Source: Guillardia theta CCMP2712 (Eukaryota; Protista; Cryptophyta). From it: 64,000 nt of DNA. The stretch covers positions 124,001 to 188,000 of the forward strand of contig NW_005434609.1 of assembly GCF_000315625.1 (NCBI RefSeq), written 5' to 3'. The notes beneath the pieces were generated by a model. The model was not told where the DNA came from and made no database searches. It saw only the letters and a list, made by a program, of their open reading frames with translations. This document shows positions 22,325 through 36,700 of this stretch, one piece after another (positions within the stretch are counted from its first letter, which is position 1; each line of letters starts with the position of its first letter). Made by a program: the position numbers and the translations under genes.

Positions 22325-24644
22325 ATGGTGGAGGGGAGCCTGAGGGCGAGGGCGGCGGGAAGCATGGCAGAGCTGATGAGGAGGGTGGTGAGGGCAGCAG
22401 AGGAGGGAGGGAGAGGAGACGATGGTGAGAGGAGGGGAGAGAAGGATGGCAACGAGGACAGGGAAAGCTCCTCCTCCCTGCCAGCGGAGGATGAGGGCGC
22501 CGTTGAGACATGGCTCTCCCTTGCCCACTCGGTCGCACCATTGTGCCAGCTCGCGGCTGTGGCGAAGAACGAGGTGGTGGTGATGGGATCTCTGAAGACG
22601 AGCAGCGACATGGTGCGGTCACCTGTGCCCTCCCGCTCATCACCCTCTGTAACGACTTCCTTACTTGCTCTTGCTCGGGTTCAGCAGGTAGTTGTACATG
22701 GGTCGGATGAGATCAAAGTCATACAGTGGGTTGAGATTGTGCAGATTGCAAACAACACCAGAAGCACTCAGGTGGCTGCGTGAGATGCTGGTGAACGTCC
22801 TCACTCCCGGTGACAGGCTTTCCTCTTCGTTGGTTGTCAAACGGGACTTGTCATTGTGTACGACAGGGCAGGAAAAGTTTGTTTCCAGCAGGTAGCTTCT
22901 CAAGTCAGAGGACGATGAAGGTGATGAGCTTGCAGCAATTCCACGATAGCTGCGTTCAAGCTTTCAAGGCAAGAGGAGGTAACCCGCAGTCTGGACCCGC
23001 AAAACGCGCTGACTGAGCTGCAAGGGGAAACAACCATGGACTGCACGCAAGACTTTCTCATCATCTACAGCGACAACATCATCGTCCGTCTTGACGCCTC
23101 CTCCCTCATCTCCACCTTCATCAATCAGTCGGTGGGCCTCTTCCTTCTCCCCTCCGCCACCTCCTTGTTGCCCAGGTCCCTTCCCCTCCCCCCCCCCTCC
23201 ACTCGCTCCCTCCAAGTTGAGATCCGGTCCTCCAGGGACGGCTCGATGCCTGCAAGTGGAAATTTACAGATCGATCCTCGGTAAACGATGCCGTCTGCTG
23301 CGGCCTCGACGCACAGGTGAACATCAAGGGATGTTGAGGGGGTTGACAGTTGTTCAGGCACAGACTTCCGACTTCTGGGGAGCTCTCTACTACAAGGTCC
23401 TGGTTGCTGGCCACTCGCCGTGTCTGTCTGTGTATGCGGCATGCGATGAAAGTGAAGTCTGAATGGCATACTTGTCGGCGGCTCACGTGGCTGCAGAGAA
23501 CTCGTACAGTGCGAAGGAGGTGCTGTCCAAGTTGACGTCAGCTGCCTTCTCGGTAGCGAAGAACTTGCTGTGGGGGAGTTCCAGCAACGAGGAGAAGAAA
23601 GAAGTGAGCAAGGACGAGAGCAACTTTGCAAAGAGTGCTCGAGCGTTCGATGCCTTCGAGGATCCTAAGGTGCTGCTTCCCAAGTCTTGACGAAGATCGC
23701 AATGACGGTTTGAAATGTGCAGAGAACCGTCAGAAGCTTGTTTCTTGATCCGTCGGGTCGATTGTGCGCGGCTAGTGACAACCTCGGACGGGTTGGTGGT
23801 GCCGTTCTGTTGACTTGAGGCTCATGGTGGAGGATCAGGTGCTCTTGGTGGATGTTGAGGAGATGACGATCTTGAGGGTGTGGAAGGTCAGCCCCTCAAG
23901 CCTGCTGGCAACTCGTCTGATCTCTCTGTCAGGGGTATCGTGAGGCTCAGACGGCCTGGACGTGTTTGGTGGACGGGGGCGAGAGAGACGACGTCAGGCA
24001 TGCGGAGTCTTCTACCTCCTCCTTGACATCGGAAAGGGAAACGTCAAAGACTCGTGAGCATTGAAGGGCATGATGGTGGGAGGGATTAATGTCGTCATCG
24101 CCAGCAGCTGCCACAGAGGAGTCGGCAGATCAAGGGCTCAGCGTGAAGGCTGGCGACCTGTGCTTGTTCTTGTACGCGCCGAGGTGAGAGAACTTGGAGA
24201 TGGCAACATGGAACGAGTTGACGAGTGCGTTATGAAGGAGACGAATACTTGAAGTCTGGCATAACAGGAGCGGACATCGGATCGCGGTGGAGAGGCTTCA
24301 CGTCTGTGTGGTTTCCTCTGGTGCGGTTCCTGACATGACTGCTGCAGCATACGACCCGTATCCTCCCTATCGCGATCTTCTACGATCAGGACGGCAGCAG
24401 CGTCATCGACTCGGAGGCAACAGAGAATGTCAGTCTGTCTGTCGATGTGTGTTGGTCGTTGCCATGACCCATCTCTTGACTTCGTGCTGTCAATCGCTCG
24501 GTTGAAACCTTCCTCTGACGTTTCTCCTCCTCGCAGCCTTCGGTACCGGCGACGCCTGGAAGGGAGGGGAGGAGGATGGAGCTGGTGACGTTGGACTCGA
24601 GGGGGGATGTGGTCTGCTGGTGGGTAGAAAGAAAGGTGAACTAA
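22325..24644 (+). CDS. RAB3GAP2: Rab3 GTPase-activating protein non-catalytic subunit, N-terminal domain homologue (multi-exon)
   Basis: LSKLTSAAFSVAKNLLWG, LDPSGRLCAASDNLGR|VLLVDVEEMTILRVWK|GYREAQTAW and LVLYAPR match hallmark RAB3GAP2_N segments. Exon boundaries approximate. Confidence 0.75.
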
Positions 24645-24785
24645 CACAAGAGTGAGAACAAACACGAGCTGGTCAATCATCGATTTGACATCAGATTCAA
24701 CGGCAGCAGTCTCTGATTTCACCGCCTCCCCTCTGCCTGTACCTCTCAGCTCGCCTCCCTCCTTGACCCCACGTCGTTCTCAGCT

Positions 24786-27700
24786 CTACGTTGACACCCA
24801 GGTGTAGTCCGGCGGGTTGGTCATGCCGTACACGCTCCTGCCCCAGCAGTGCGCCCGATAGTCCAGCCCGATGCCGCAGGAGTGGAACAGCCCTGACACG
24901 ACGCCTCGCCAGGAGGGTACATCCTGTCAACAGCTTGTCAAACTCGGCAAGCGTCAGCCGCCTCCCACTCACCTGGGGGTAGCCGAGAGCCCCGTCCTGG
25001 TTCGATCCCCAGCAGCGGAGAGCTCCCGACGAGGAGACGCCGCAAGTGTGGAAGCGACCGACCGCCAGGTTGCTCCATGAGGACACGTCTTTGGGGACGG
25101 CGGTGGCGCCGTACATGGTCGACCCCCAGCAGAGCGCTTGACCGCTCGCGAGGATGCCGCAGGAGTGGTAGTGCCCAGCTGACGTCATCCTCCAGCTGAC
25201 GGAGCCTGTCTGAGGCGGGACCGCGGACTGGCCGTAGAGGTTGTCACCCCAGCACAGGGCCTCCCCGTCGGTCGTCACGCCGCACGAGTGGAACTGCCCA
25301 GCTGAGATCTGCTTCCACGTCCTGCCTGGGGGAGGAGAGCTCTGCTTGTACGAGTCGTCGCCCCAGCAGAGTGCCAGCTCGTTCATGATCCCGCACGAGT
25401 GGTGGTAGCCAGCTGAGCTGGAGATGGCGGTCCACCTCATGGTCGTGTTGAACACGATCGGGACCTTGGTTTGCTGCGCGTAGTCCTGGCCCCAGCAGTA
25501 AGCTGAGAAGTTGCTGGCGATGCCGCAGGTGAAGAAGCTCCCAGCTGAGATATGGTTCCACGTTATGTTCTTGCGAACCTGCAGGGCTACTCCGAACTCC
25601 TCGATCGTCTGCTCATCGTGTATGACGGACGTTTGCCTGCGGAAAGTGATCAGTCAGCAACAAGTCGAGGCAGCGGGAGAGGAGGAGGGCTTACCCGAAG
25701 TCGTCGAACCCCCAGCACTCCGCCCATCCCCCCGTCGTGATGCCGCATGTGTGAAAGCCGCCTGTGCTCAACCCGAAGGAGCTCCAGCAGTCGCTGATTG
25801 ACGAAGAGCCTCTTGTGCTGGTATTGGTTCCCAACGGGCAGCTCACGCAGCCCGTTGACCTCGTCTGATCCTGGTACTTCCCGTAGTCACACTGCAGGCA
25901 CAGGTCTTGGGAGCCGAGACTCAGGCCTGTCTTGCTGTAAGTCCCCGTGGGGCAGAAATCGAAGCACATGTCTTGAACGCTGGCTCCTATCCCAGCAGTT
26001 CCCCTCCCCACCGGGCAGTTCAAGCAGCTGCAGTCTGACCTGCAGTCCCCGGACGACTGGGCGCAGTACTGGAACGTGTCCTGAGGACAGGGGGTGCAAG
26101 GACTGTACTGGTCAGGGCTGATGTAGCCGAGGGGGCAGAGCGAGCGGATGTAGAGAGGATATGAAGCGATGAAGCTGTTGCTTACACCGACATTGGCGGT
26201 GAACATCTCGACTGTTGAGTTCTCAGAGAGGGTCAACTGCTGATCGGTGTAAAGGATCCAGCTAGTGCTGTTGTAGACGGGCGTCGAGGTGCTCCCGGTG
26301 CTGTAGGAGACTGCGGGCCAGCCAGCGGCGCCAGTCGTTACCCTGTAGTAGGTCAAAGAGGACGGGGAGGAAGGTATGATTCGAAAGGTAGGGTTGGACG
26401 GACAGACTCCAACGTTGAAGACAGTCGGGTACTGAAACCCATCGGTGACGTCAAACGGGAGTAGATTGGTCTTGCAGTCCATGGCCTCCGTGTTGCAGAT
26501 GACTTGTAGCGTGGGAGATACCTCCTGAATGACGATGAGGCTATGGCTGATCGTAGAGTTCTCGAGGTTTGGAGCGACAGCACACCAGGAAACGTTTACG
26601 GTCTTCGTAACTGTCACTGTCTGCCCTTGACGCAACCAAGTTCCCTTGAGGAAGGGATTAGACCCGTCAAGAGTGTAGAAGACTTTGACGGTGTCGAAGG
26701 AGACGGAGAAGTTGAACTGGACTGGGGAGATGAAAGCTCCGTTGAGGAAGGTCGAGTTGGCAGGGTCGGTGACTAGCACGGGACTTTCCGTCTGCAACCT
26801 GTAGTAGGCAACGGTGACGTTGCTGTCAGCCAGTGTGCCGGACTGAGAGTATGCCGTTAGGAAAGTCCTGGATCCCCAGCCGATGGAAGAGTTGAGGATG
26901 ACGTTGCTAGTGAAGAGAGTTGCCCTTGCGGGCCACTCGTTTGCGTAACACTCTCGCACATCCCTGTAAGTCACCACACAGGTTGAGTTCTCCCCGCATG
27001 TCACGTTGTCAAATTCTCCTTCGCACGCCACTCCGCTCACGAGGCCCCCGACGCACTTTCCGAGGCAAGAAGGGTAGCAGGCGTCAGCTGGGATTTGCAG
27101 CTCCTCGCCTATCGAGATCGTTCGCAGGGAAGGAAACTCGTCAAACTTGCATAGGGTGAAGTACGTCTGAGCGTCTGGGGTCAAACTCTGCAGGGAGAGG
27201 CTGACAGCGTCTATGTAGAGCCCTTGAGCTGGGGTGACCTCTGGGGGGCTGACCTGGAGGTTGTAAGTGGCCTGCACGACCTGACTCGGGTTGGAACCGG
27301 GGATGGTGACGTAAGCAGTGACGTTGCCAGACTGCACGAGGCGGATGGGAGCTTGATAGACGAGGAAGGGCTGAGAGGTCGACGTGGCAAATTGACCGTC
27401 GAGCTCGACGCGATACCTGATCTCAGCATCGGGAGAAAAGGACTCGATGGTGACGAGGAGCGGGGAGATGAAGTACTTCCGAGACGTGTAGAGAGGAGAG
27501 ATGACTGGAGGGACGGACTGAACGTACAGTAGCTGCTGCGTCTCGTTGAGACGGTAACCCCACTTGTACGACGTGGCGACCACTTGAGCGTTCTGTGTGA
27601 CGTTGAAAGGGCCAGTGTAAGTCAGTCCAGAAACCTCGAGGCTGGAGAAGGTCTCGAACGCCGGAGTGGTTCCGTCCAAGGAGAAGAAGACGACGATGTC

Positions 27701-30700
27701 AGGGTCGACTGTCTCAAAGGTGACCTCGACGAACGTCAAGTACTCCAGCAAGGTCTTGCTCGATGACCGCGTACCCCGCAGCACGATCCTTGGTGAAGGA
27801 GCTACAGGCGTCGAGGGGTCGAGGCAGTGGAAGTCTCCCACCCTGTCTCGGAACTTCCCGCATCCTCCGTTGTCACCCTGGTAGCAGACGGTAGACACGC
27901 CGCAAGAGCACGTTGAAACGCAGCAGTCGCCGCTGTCAAACCCGCACTCGGGGTTGTTGTTGACAGCGTCGCAGTAGCCGTCGGCGTACCAGTCAGCACG
28001 GCAGGGGACGGCGATGAAGGAGGAGGAGAGCTGCTTGTCTTGCTCCCACGTCCCATCCTGCTTGAACCTCCAGTCCGCACAGGTCTGCGTGAGCCCGACA
28101 GGGTTGCAAGGAGGGTCCGAGCACTGAGCGCCTGTGAAGCGGATCGGAGGGCAGACCTCGCAGTAGGAGCCCTTCCCTTGCGGCTGAACCCTACAGGAGC
28201 CTCCCGAGGGTGTCATGTAGCAATCAGCCGCAATGCACTGGAAGCCAGCTTCTATCAGACACTGAGCGTTACAGCCATCGCCGTTGATGTTATTCATGTC
28301 ATCACAAGCCTCCTTCCCTGCTATGATCCCGTCCCCACAGTTGGTGCTGCACAGTCCGTTGTCAGCACACACATACCCGCTCTCCAGCCTGCAGAACTGG
28401 TCGCATCCGTCGCCTGACTTGGTGTTCCCGTCATCACACTGCTCAGCTGCAACTCGAACGCCATCAGCGCAGATCCCGTAGCAGAGGCTGGTCGTGTGGT
28501 TGGTGACGTGCAGGTTGTCCGCGCAGATCCAGCCGCTCTCCACCAGACAGGAGGAGCTACATCCGTCTCCATCGCGAGTGTTGCCATCATCACAGTCCTC
28601 CTGCTGGACTCGCACGCCATCACCGCAGACAGCCTCGCACCTTCCTCCGAGCAACCGATCGTGATCGTCGTACAAGCACACGAAGCCCTGCTCGAGCTTG
28701 CATTCTGACGTGCATCCGTCGCCCGCCGGGTCACTCCACATCCCGTCATCGCACTCCTCGTAGCCTGACACTCTCACCCCGTCCCCGCACAAGGGTGAAC
28801 ACTCGTCCTTGTATCCTCCGTCAGCTTGTATGCAGATCCATCCCACCTCGACCGCGCACATGTCTGAGCAGCCGTCACCGGAGATTGTGTTGTTGTCATC
28901 GCACTGTTCCGATGAGGACCGCACTCCGTCCCCGCATACGCTCTTGCACTTGTCATCGTCAGGAAGGTCGACAAGGGAGATGTTGGCTGACTGAAAGAAC
29001 GCTTCTGAAGGAGACAGCACGTCTGTGTAGATCAGGCCGCAAATCTTCTCGGAGTTTCCATAGGTGGGGTTGCAAACTCCAGACAGGCAGATCGCCGTTG
29101 TATTCAGGCACACATCACCGCCCTCAACGCACGTCCACACACTTGCAGAATTTGACAAGCAGCAAGTCCCCGTCGCGATCACGTTCAGACAGCTTCCAGG
29201 TGTGATGGTCATGTTCGCAAACGCCCCTCTCCCTCCTTGCGCACAGTAGAAGCCGACCTCCTCCTGACAGCTCGAGCTGCATCCGTCCATGCTGCGAGTG
29301 TTGCTGTCGTCGCATCTCTCCTTCAACGTCCGGATCCCGTCACCGCACTTGGCCGAGCAGACCGAGCGAGGGCTCTGCTGATCCCCAGCAGCAAGGGGGT
29401 CAGAGTCGCACTCCCACCCGAGAGATCTCTCAACCCGACAGGTCGAGCTGCAGCCATCGTGGTCGACCGCATTCCCGTCGTCGCACTCGTTGAGGTTATT
29501 CATCGGGGAGATGTAGCCCTGGTAGGAGAGCAACAGCCCGTCGCCACATGTCTCATTACAGACGCTCCTTTGGCCGCTGACGATGCAAGTGAAGTGCTCC
29601 TCGATCGTGCACTTGTCCGAGCATCCGTCGCCGTTGAGCAGGTTCCCGTCGTCGCACTCGTCCATCATGGTCTTGATCCCATCCCCGCAGATCGAGGTGC
29701 AGTTTGTCAGGTCGGCCGAGCACACGAAGTTTGCTTCTAGGGTGCAGTTGGAGCTGCAGCCGTCCCCGCTGATCCTGTTCCCGTCATCGCACTCCTCCCT
29801 CCCTCGAACAAGATGGTCGCCGCACACCGTGATCAGCTCACACCCTGCCCTGCAGTACGACTTCTCTGTCTCAGGGTTCGTCTCGTTGCAGCTCTCCGGG
29901 CAGTACCATCCGCTCTCGATGGTACACACGTCTGAGCAGCCGTCCTTAGTCTCGCATGTCTCGTTTCCGATGATCTCCCGGTCCCCACAGATGGTCGAGC
30001 ACACCGAGTAGAAGGTGTTCACGCACCTGTACCCGAACTCCTCCTGACACGTCGAGTTACAACCATCTCCTCCTACCGTGTTCCCATCGTCGCACGTTTC
30101 ACCGTACACTCTCATCCCATCCCCACACTTGTACCGAGGGTGCCCGTCGCTGTTCGCAACAAACCCGGCCTCCACAGTGCACAACGAGCTACAGCCGTCC
30201 CCTCCCACATAGTTCCCGTCGTCGCACGTCTCCCCACCTGTCATCTTCGAGTCCCCGCAAACTCGAAACGGGACCCTCTCGTCCAGCTGGTCCGTCAGCA
30301 CGAAGGAAGTGCAGACGCTGTACACCGACGTCCTGTCCGTCACGCATCGCAAGCAGATGGAGTTCTCCGACCACAGCCCCACCCCCCCCTCGTCGCACGT
30401 GCTCTGGTTGTCCCGAGCTCGGAAGCAAAAGTCTCGCTCGACCCCGTCGGCCGGCACTCTCCATCGGAACCGCCGCCGGGCCACGTAGCGGTTGACAACT
30501 TCTCTGCCCGACACCACCTGCTGGAGCTCGTGCAGCAGCGGCCCGACGTCTGCCATGTAGTCCGAGTTGGCGCTGGTGAGGAAGATGTCGACGTTGTCCT
30601 CATGGTTCCTGTCCATGGCCGCCAGGGTGAAGTCGAAGAGCGAGTCAGCGAGGACGAGGAACCTTTCGTTGGGGTCCAAGGGGGAGGGGTCGACGAACTG

Positions 30701-33700
30701 AGGCCTGTCGCAGACGTTGATCTCCACAGTCCTAATGCAAGTGTGATGTAGAACTTCGTGAGACCGGAGAGAAGCGTTGGTAGCGACCTCCGAACCTTGA
30801 TAAGAGACGAGGAACTTGGGGAACCAGGAGACGGACGACCAAACTAACGACCTGCTGACCACATTCTTTTGGTTGAGGGTTGGCACAGAGGAGATGGTGA
30901 CTGAGCTGCCGCAAACTTGAAGCTCGTTGAAAATCAAGGGGTCGTCAAGCTGGAGCGAGAACATGTTCTCGGTGATGTAGACATCTGGTGGGCGAGAGCT
31001 CGAGGTGAAGTTGATGTCAAGGTGGAGCTTGTTGAGGGGGAAAGTATTCTTGTCTTCCATGCTCACAGTCAAGATGAAGGTAGAGCCAACCTTGAGGTAG
31101 TACGCGGGGACGGTATCAGCGTCGGAGCAGAGGACTGGAGTAGGGTTGATAAAGTTCGGAGGGAAATTTTCCTGCTGGTAGACCGTGATGGGCTGAGATA
31201 CCACTGAGATGTTCGTTCCCTCGACGGAGAAGGAGAAGAAGACCTTGCCGATGGTACAGAGACTGATCCTGACCATGACCTGATTGAAGGTTGCGACTCC
31301 ATCACTTGCTGTTGTGGCTGAGATCTGATTGACCTGATCGTCCATCGTGATGGACGTACCGTCCTCTTGGAAAGCTTTCGCGGTCACGTGCATGCCCGAG
31401 ACGTTCAGGCAGAAGTCGAGGAAGCAGTTGCGGACAGAGACGCGAAAGTTTGACGTGAAAGGGATCAGGTTGTATCCTTGCAGAGGCTGGTCGATGATGT
31501 CGATGCGATACTTAGGATCTGACAACATCTCTTCCTGCAGGCTCCAAGAAGTGATAGAAAGACACTTCTGACACATGCACGGATAGAAGCAGGCGTTGGA
31601 GGTTGATGGCGAAGGAGGAGAGGAGGAAACGTTGCTGGAGTTGTTCGCACATGTTCCAAGGAGACATTGCAATGCATTGTTCTCACTTGAGATGTAAGAT
31701 CCACAATCTCCACTGGTGCTCAACGTCCGTATCACGTCAACAAACGGGTACTGCGCAACCTGCTCGTACGAGATGTAGAAGTTTGCAACTCCCAGCACGG
31801 TGACGTTTTCGGTGACATGAGTTGATAGTCGACCGTAACTTGAGCAGCACAGGTCGTCATAGAGGTAACTGTGACACGTCATCGCCCCTCGCACCATCGC
31901 TGAAACCTGGACGTCGGACGCCGTGACGACGTTAGAGAACCTGTCCTTGAGAGTCACTTGGAACAAGAATGCAGACAGTTTGTCCATCCTCGTCCAGCTC
32001 AAGTGAATCTGCGACGCTGAGGAAGGAGCAACGGTCACTGTCACGTTGTGGTTCACGGAGCTTGCGTGCGCTAGCGAGAATTGCAGAGTCCAGCTGGAGT
32101 TCGCCTGCTGCATGCTGACACCTGAGAAGGTCACAGAGCCGTTGATCGCTCGAGCTCTACTCAAGACTGTCTGGAACTGACAAGCATGATCGTGTTGACA
32201 GTTGCCGGAGTATAGCGAGAGAACGACAAGGGAGGAGCTGGCCAGCTGCCGGGGGAGGCCAGACGCATTGTTCATCAACAGGACATTGAAGCTCATGGAA
32301 TCGCCTGCCTGAATGTGGCGCGCGGGAGATGAAACGACAAGTCTGTCTACTCCAGGGAGGATTTCAACAGCGAGGCTCCTTCCCCTTATGCAGAACTCCT
32401 GATTGTCCGTGGTGTAACAGCTGATAGCTTCAAGAAAGTAGACGCCGGGTGATCCGACGGTGATGTTGAAAATGCTTGCTCTCCCTCTCAAGAAATCAGC
32501 CGTCACTTGTGTTTGTGCTTCTGTTATGACTGCTGTTGGCTGAGGGTGGAAACTGATATCGTTGGTCCATACGACTGTAACTTTCTCTTCGTATGAAGTC
32601 ACGACATTTCCGAACTGGTCGAGTGCTGAGATAGAGGGTTGCCACGGGAAAGGTTCAGCAGCCAACGCGGACGGTTGAAGTTTGTCAAACACAATCTGAA
32701 GAACGAGTCAGAAGAAAAGCAAACTCACAAGGTTTGAGGCAGCAACTTCGTTCAAAACTAGACAGACAGAGAGACAGAGAGACAGCCAGGCAGGCAGACA
32801 TGGAGTACATCGAAACAATTGAGAAGACCCATCGCTCATGTCAACAACAGACAATCTTGCCATCCACAACCGACGACCCTCTCTCAACTCACTTGAGTCG
32901 GCCATGCGTGTACGTTGACGTCATTCGACTCCGTGCTGACGGATCCGTCGGCAGACGCGAAAATCAGGCGGAAGCCTGCTCCTGGTTTGTTGAGAAAGAT
33001 GTTCCTGAAAGCAACCGTCCGACCGAGCACGGGGAGCTGAAGGTCCCCAGAGAGAAAATTCTGAGAGGAACTCGCGGTTTGCATCCTGTAACTCCCGTAG
33101 AGTGATGACCTGAACTTCAACGGGATGTCACAACGACTGGGACTTGTAATGGTAACGTGCAGGTCGACGTAGAGATAGTTCTCTCTCGCAAGCTCCGTCA
33201 CGTTGAGCCGATGAACACAGCTGAAGTAGGAGAAGCAATCGACGTTTCTCCTCGGCACACAAACTTTGCGACCGCCCATCGACTTCAGCTGGTCGACAAA
33301 GGAAATTCCGTTGATGTCAAACCTGTCAATGTCTCCATCGTACGTAAAGTCAGCCCCAAGGATGCTGATGTCCATGAAAGCAAATTCAAGCTCGTCTAGC
33401 GGCGCGACGAAGTTCCTGTACCTCAACGTCAAAGCGCAACCTGCCATTGTACAGTCTTCCTCAAGATCTTGTTCGAAGATATTCACACCAACTCTCACAG
33501 ACACCGAGCCTCGGTAGTCGTCGAGAGGCCAGCCGTCCGGGCCGTACAGTCCGATCACAGGGTGAGGCAGCAACAGCCCGAGGTCTGCCTCTGCTGCAGG
33601 TTGTTGCAGCACCTTCATCGCACTGAGTCTTCCCTCCACCTTGAGAGCATCCGAGGTCACTTCCATCCCCTCCGTCGACGTGAACTTGAGGGACAGGACG

Positions 33701-36700
33701 GCTCTCCTTGCGATGAGAAGGTCAGAAAACGTTGCGACCCCGCCGATAGCTGCCTCCACCGTGCGCCCCAGCAAGGATATCGTCTCGTTGCCAGCGTTGA
33801 CTACTGACACGGCGATTTGTCCCTTGTAAGTCCTTGCGAGGTTTCCGAACTTGTCCAACACCAAGACCAGCGGCTGCACCACGAACGCCTGGTTCTCGAT
33901 CGCGTTGGAGGGAGGTCTCGTCAACTCCAGCTGGCCGTCAGATGGACCATGGATGTTTGCGGGCACCACCTCGAAGGGGGCAGTTGTCAAAGTCACGCCC
34001 TCGCACATGAACTGCAGCAGGTTGTAGGGAGCCGCCTTGGTCGTGTAGAGCCCGGGGAACTCCACTCGTCCAGCTGAAGATCTCCTGGGGTACTCGATCG
34101 ATGGGGAGTCAGCTGAGTCGGTTCCGTTGGAGGAGAGGAAGAGAGACTGTGGGTACAGGACGAGGCTGGCGGAGACGGTCAAGGGGTCAGAGATCAGGTT
34201 CTCATACCCATCAAACATCGCAACCTTGGGACTCGGTATGATCTCCCTGCCGGCATACTGAAGGTCAAGAATCTGCTGCTCTAGTCTCATATAGCTCAGC
34301 GTGCTGGGCACGACTTGAAACGTCTGAGAGAAAGCTTCCAACATGCTGCTCGCCACCGCAACCTCGTACCGCAGTCTTGACTCGCTCGCCGCCCTGCACA
34401 TCCGCAAGAAGGGGAAGGAGACGCCCTGTCGGACTTCAAAGTCTCCTCCTTCGCAGAGGGAGCTCCCTAGCTCGGCCCTGATGCTGAGTTTGCCCTCCTG
34501 GTCTACACAAGTGTTGTTGTACTTGTCCAAGATGTAGGCAGATACTGAGAAGTAAAATCCGGCCACCACAGTCGAGTTGCAGTCGGACGAGTTCGAGCAT
34601 GTCGGGGAGCCAAGCGTCGACACTGATGGGACAGGGCTGACGGCCAACGTCTTTGGAACCGAACTCAGGACCTTGAAGACTGGTGACTCGAGGTACGTCA
34701 GCTGCCGCCCGACTTTCACGATGAAGTCTAACGAGTAGAAGGGACAAGAGCGGCGAATGGTCAAGTTGTCAAAGTTGGCAACCCCAGCTGAAGAGACCGC
34801 CACGCCCAGCATTCCTTCCACCATCTCACTCTCATTCCAACCTTGAGTGAAGATGAGGCTCGTCGAGCTGGGAAACATGGGCACGTTCGCATCTAGCGAG
34901 GACCCGATGTCGACGGCCCCGAAAGTCCTGAAGGTCATCGAGAACTCTGGCGTCCACTCGACTGTGGGGTCGATAGAGCTCACGTTGACAACCTCTGCGA
35001 TGCAGGGGAAGCCGTTGATGGCGAGTTGACGGCAGACAGGCTGGACGTCGATTGATGACTTGGCTTGAGTGCAGATGCTGTCGATTCGGTTTCTTGTCGT
35101 GATCTCAACCTCGAATCTGAACTGAAGAAAGTCCGACCTGACCACATGAAAACTACGAAGAGAATAGTTGAACGACGAGTAGAACGCTTTTTCTATCTTG
35201 CCCAATACGGTGCGTTGATACGACAGTCGATCGCTGCAAGCATCCTGTAGAGGAAACATCGGTCTGGACGGGTCTGCTTTGATACTCACAACAAGTCCAC
35301 ACATGTTGGGAGGGCTCGTGGCCACGTCAGTCATGGGACCCTCAGAGAGGAGTCGTCTGTTCGTGTTGTTGGACGAATTGCTCATGTCAGACGTCATGTT
35401 GGAGCTATTGACTAGAGATGTCAGCTCACCAGACAAGTTCCTGAAAGTGGACCCAACAATCCCTAGACGCATGCTCTCGATTATTGTAGTTCCATGTCTC
35501 TCCAATCTGAACAGGACGGCAGCCATGTCGGAGAAATGACGAGGCAAGACCAGGGTCAGCCTCATCCACCACCTCAATCCTCCTCCGCACACGCAGCAGA
35601 CGTCTGAAGGCAGGGAGATGTTCGAGGAATAGTTCCGATCGATGAAGGAAAGGAAACTTGTCCCATCGCACCACCCGAACGTCTTGTAGTCGTTGCAAGA
35701 CAGTGGCAGGTGCTCTGACCAGGGGAGTATGTCCTGTTGGATGTCAACACATTCATCATGGAAATTCTCCGCACGAAGGTTCACAGAGACTGAGTTCTGA
35801 TGAAGGGGAATAACGAAGTGATACTGGACGTTGACATCGATCAAGATCCGGAACCTGGACGACATGTCCGGACACGAGTACAGATCGACTTCATCGGAAA
35901 CAGAGGCGAAGAAGGAGAACGTCGCTCCATCGAAGGCGCTTACATCGTGCTGCACCAAGAGATCTCTCGACTGAATACAAGAGGATGCGCAGCCCTCCCA
36001 TGGACCAGTCACAAACGACCGGACGGGAAGTCCGCCGATCATGATGTACTTGACTCTCTCGCCGGGATCGTTGAAGTCAGAGCATACGACGCGAGCGTTC
36101 AAGCTTGCGTGATCCAGCTTTGCTCCGGGAGGCAGGTAACCGCCGATGTCAATGTTGCAGTCCCTATCTCCTTCGCAGACAAACTGCCTGATAGCCGAGA
36201 TCGGGAATTGAGACGATCCCCATGGAAGCTCGGAGACGTTGCTGGCTGGCGGGTCTAACAAGACGACCGTCAAATTGCATCCGTCTTCACAGTACGACTG
36301 GACTTCCCAGTCTGTCTGCACTGAGAGCGCAAGAACAGCCGACGAGGTCAGGTTGGTGTACTCCGCGCTCGCTCCCACCACGTTGAGTGTCAAGTTTGCG
36401 CCCAACACGCTCCCTTGCACATCGGCCGAGACCTCCTGCAGGCTCGTCCCGAAGGCGTCCGAGAAGATACCTGAGATCTTCGCCGTCGAGGTAAGGGGCA
36501 GCTGGGGGGCAGGCGGGTTGGTCACTCTCAGGGAGAAGTCCGTCTGGACCACCACGTTGGTGAGCTCGAGGACGTTCCTGATGGACGCTGAAGTTTGCGG
36601 GGGGTACGCGCCCCCGAAGTAGACGGTGTCGCAGTTGCCGCTGGACGAGTCTGTCTCGCCGAAGACTCCCTGACCCCAGAACGCCGACCGGTTGAAGACT

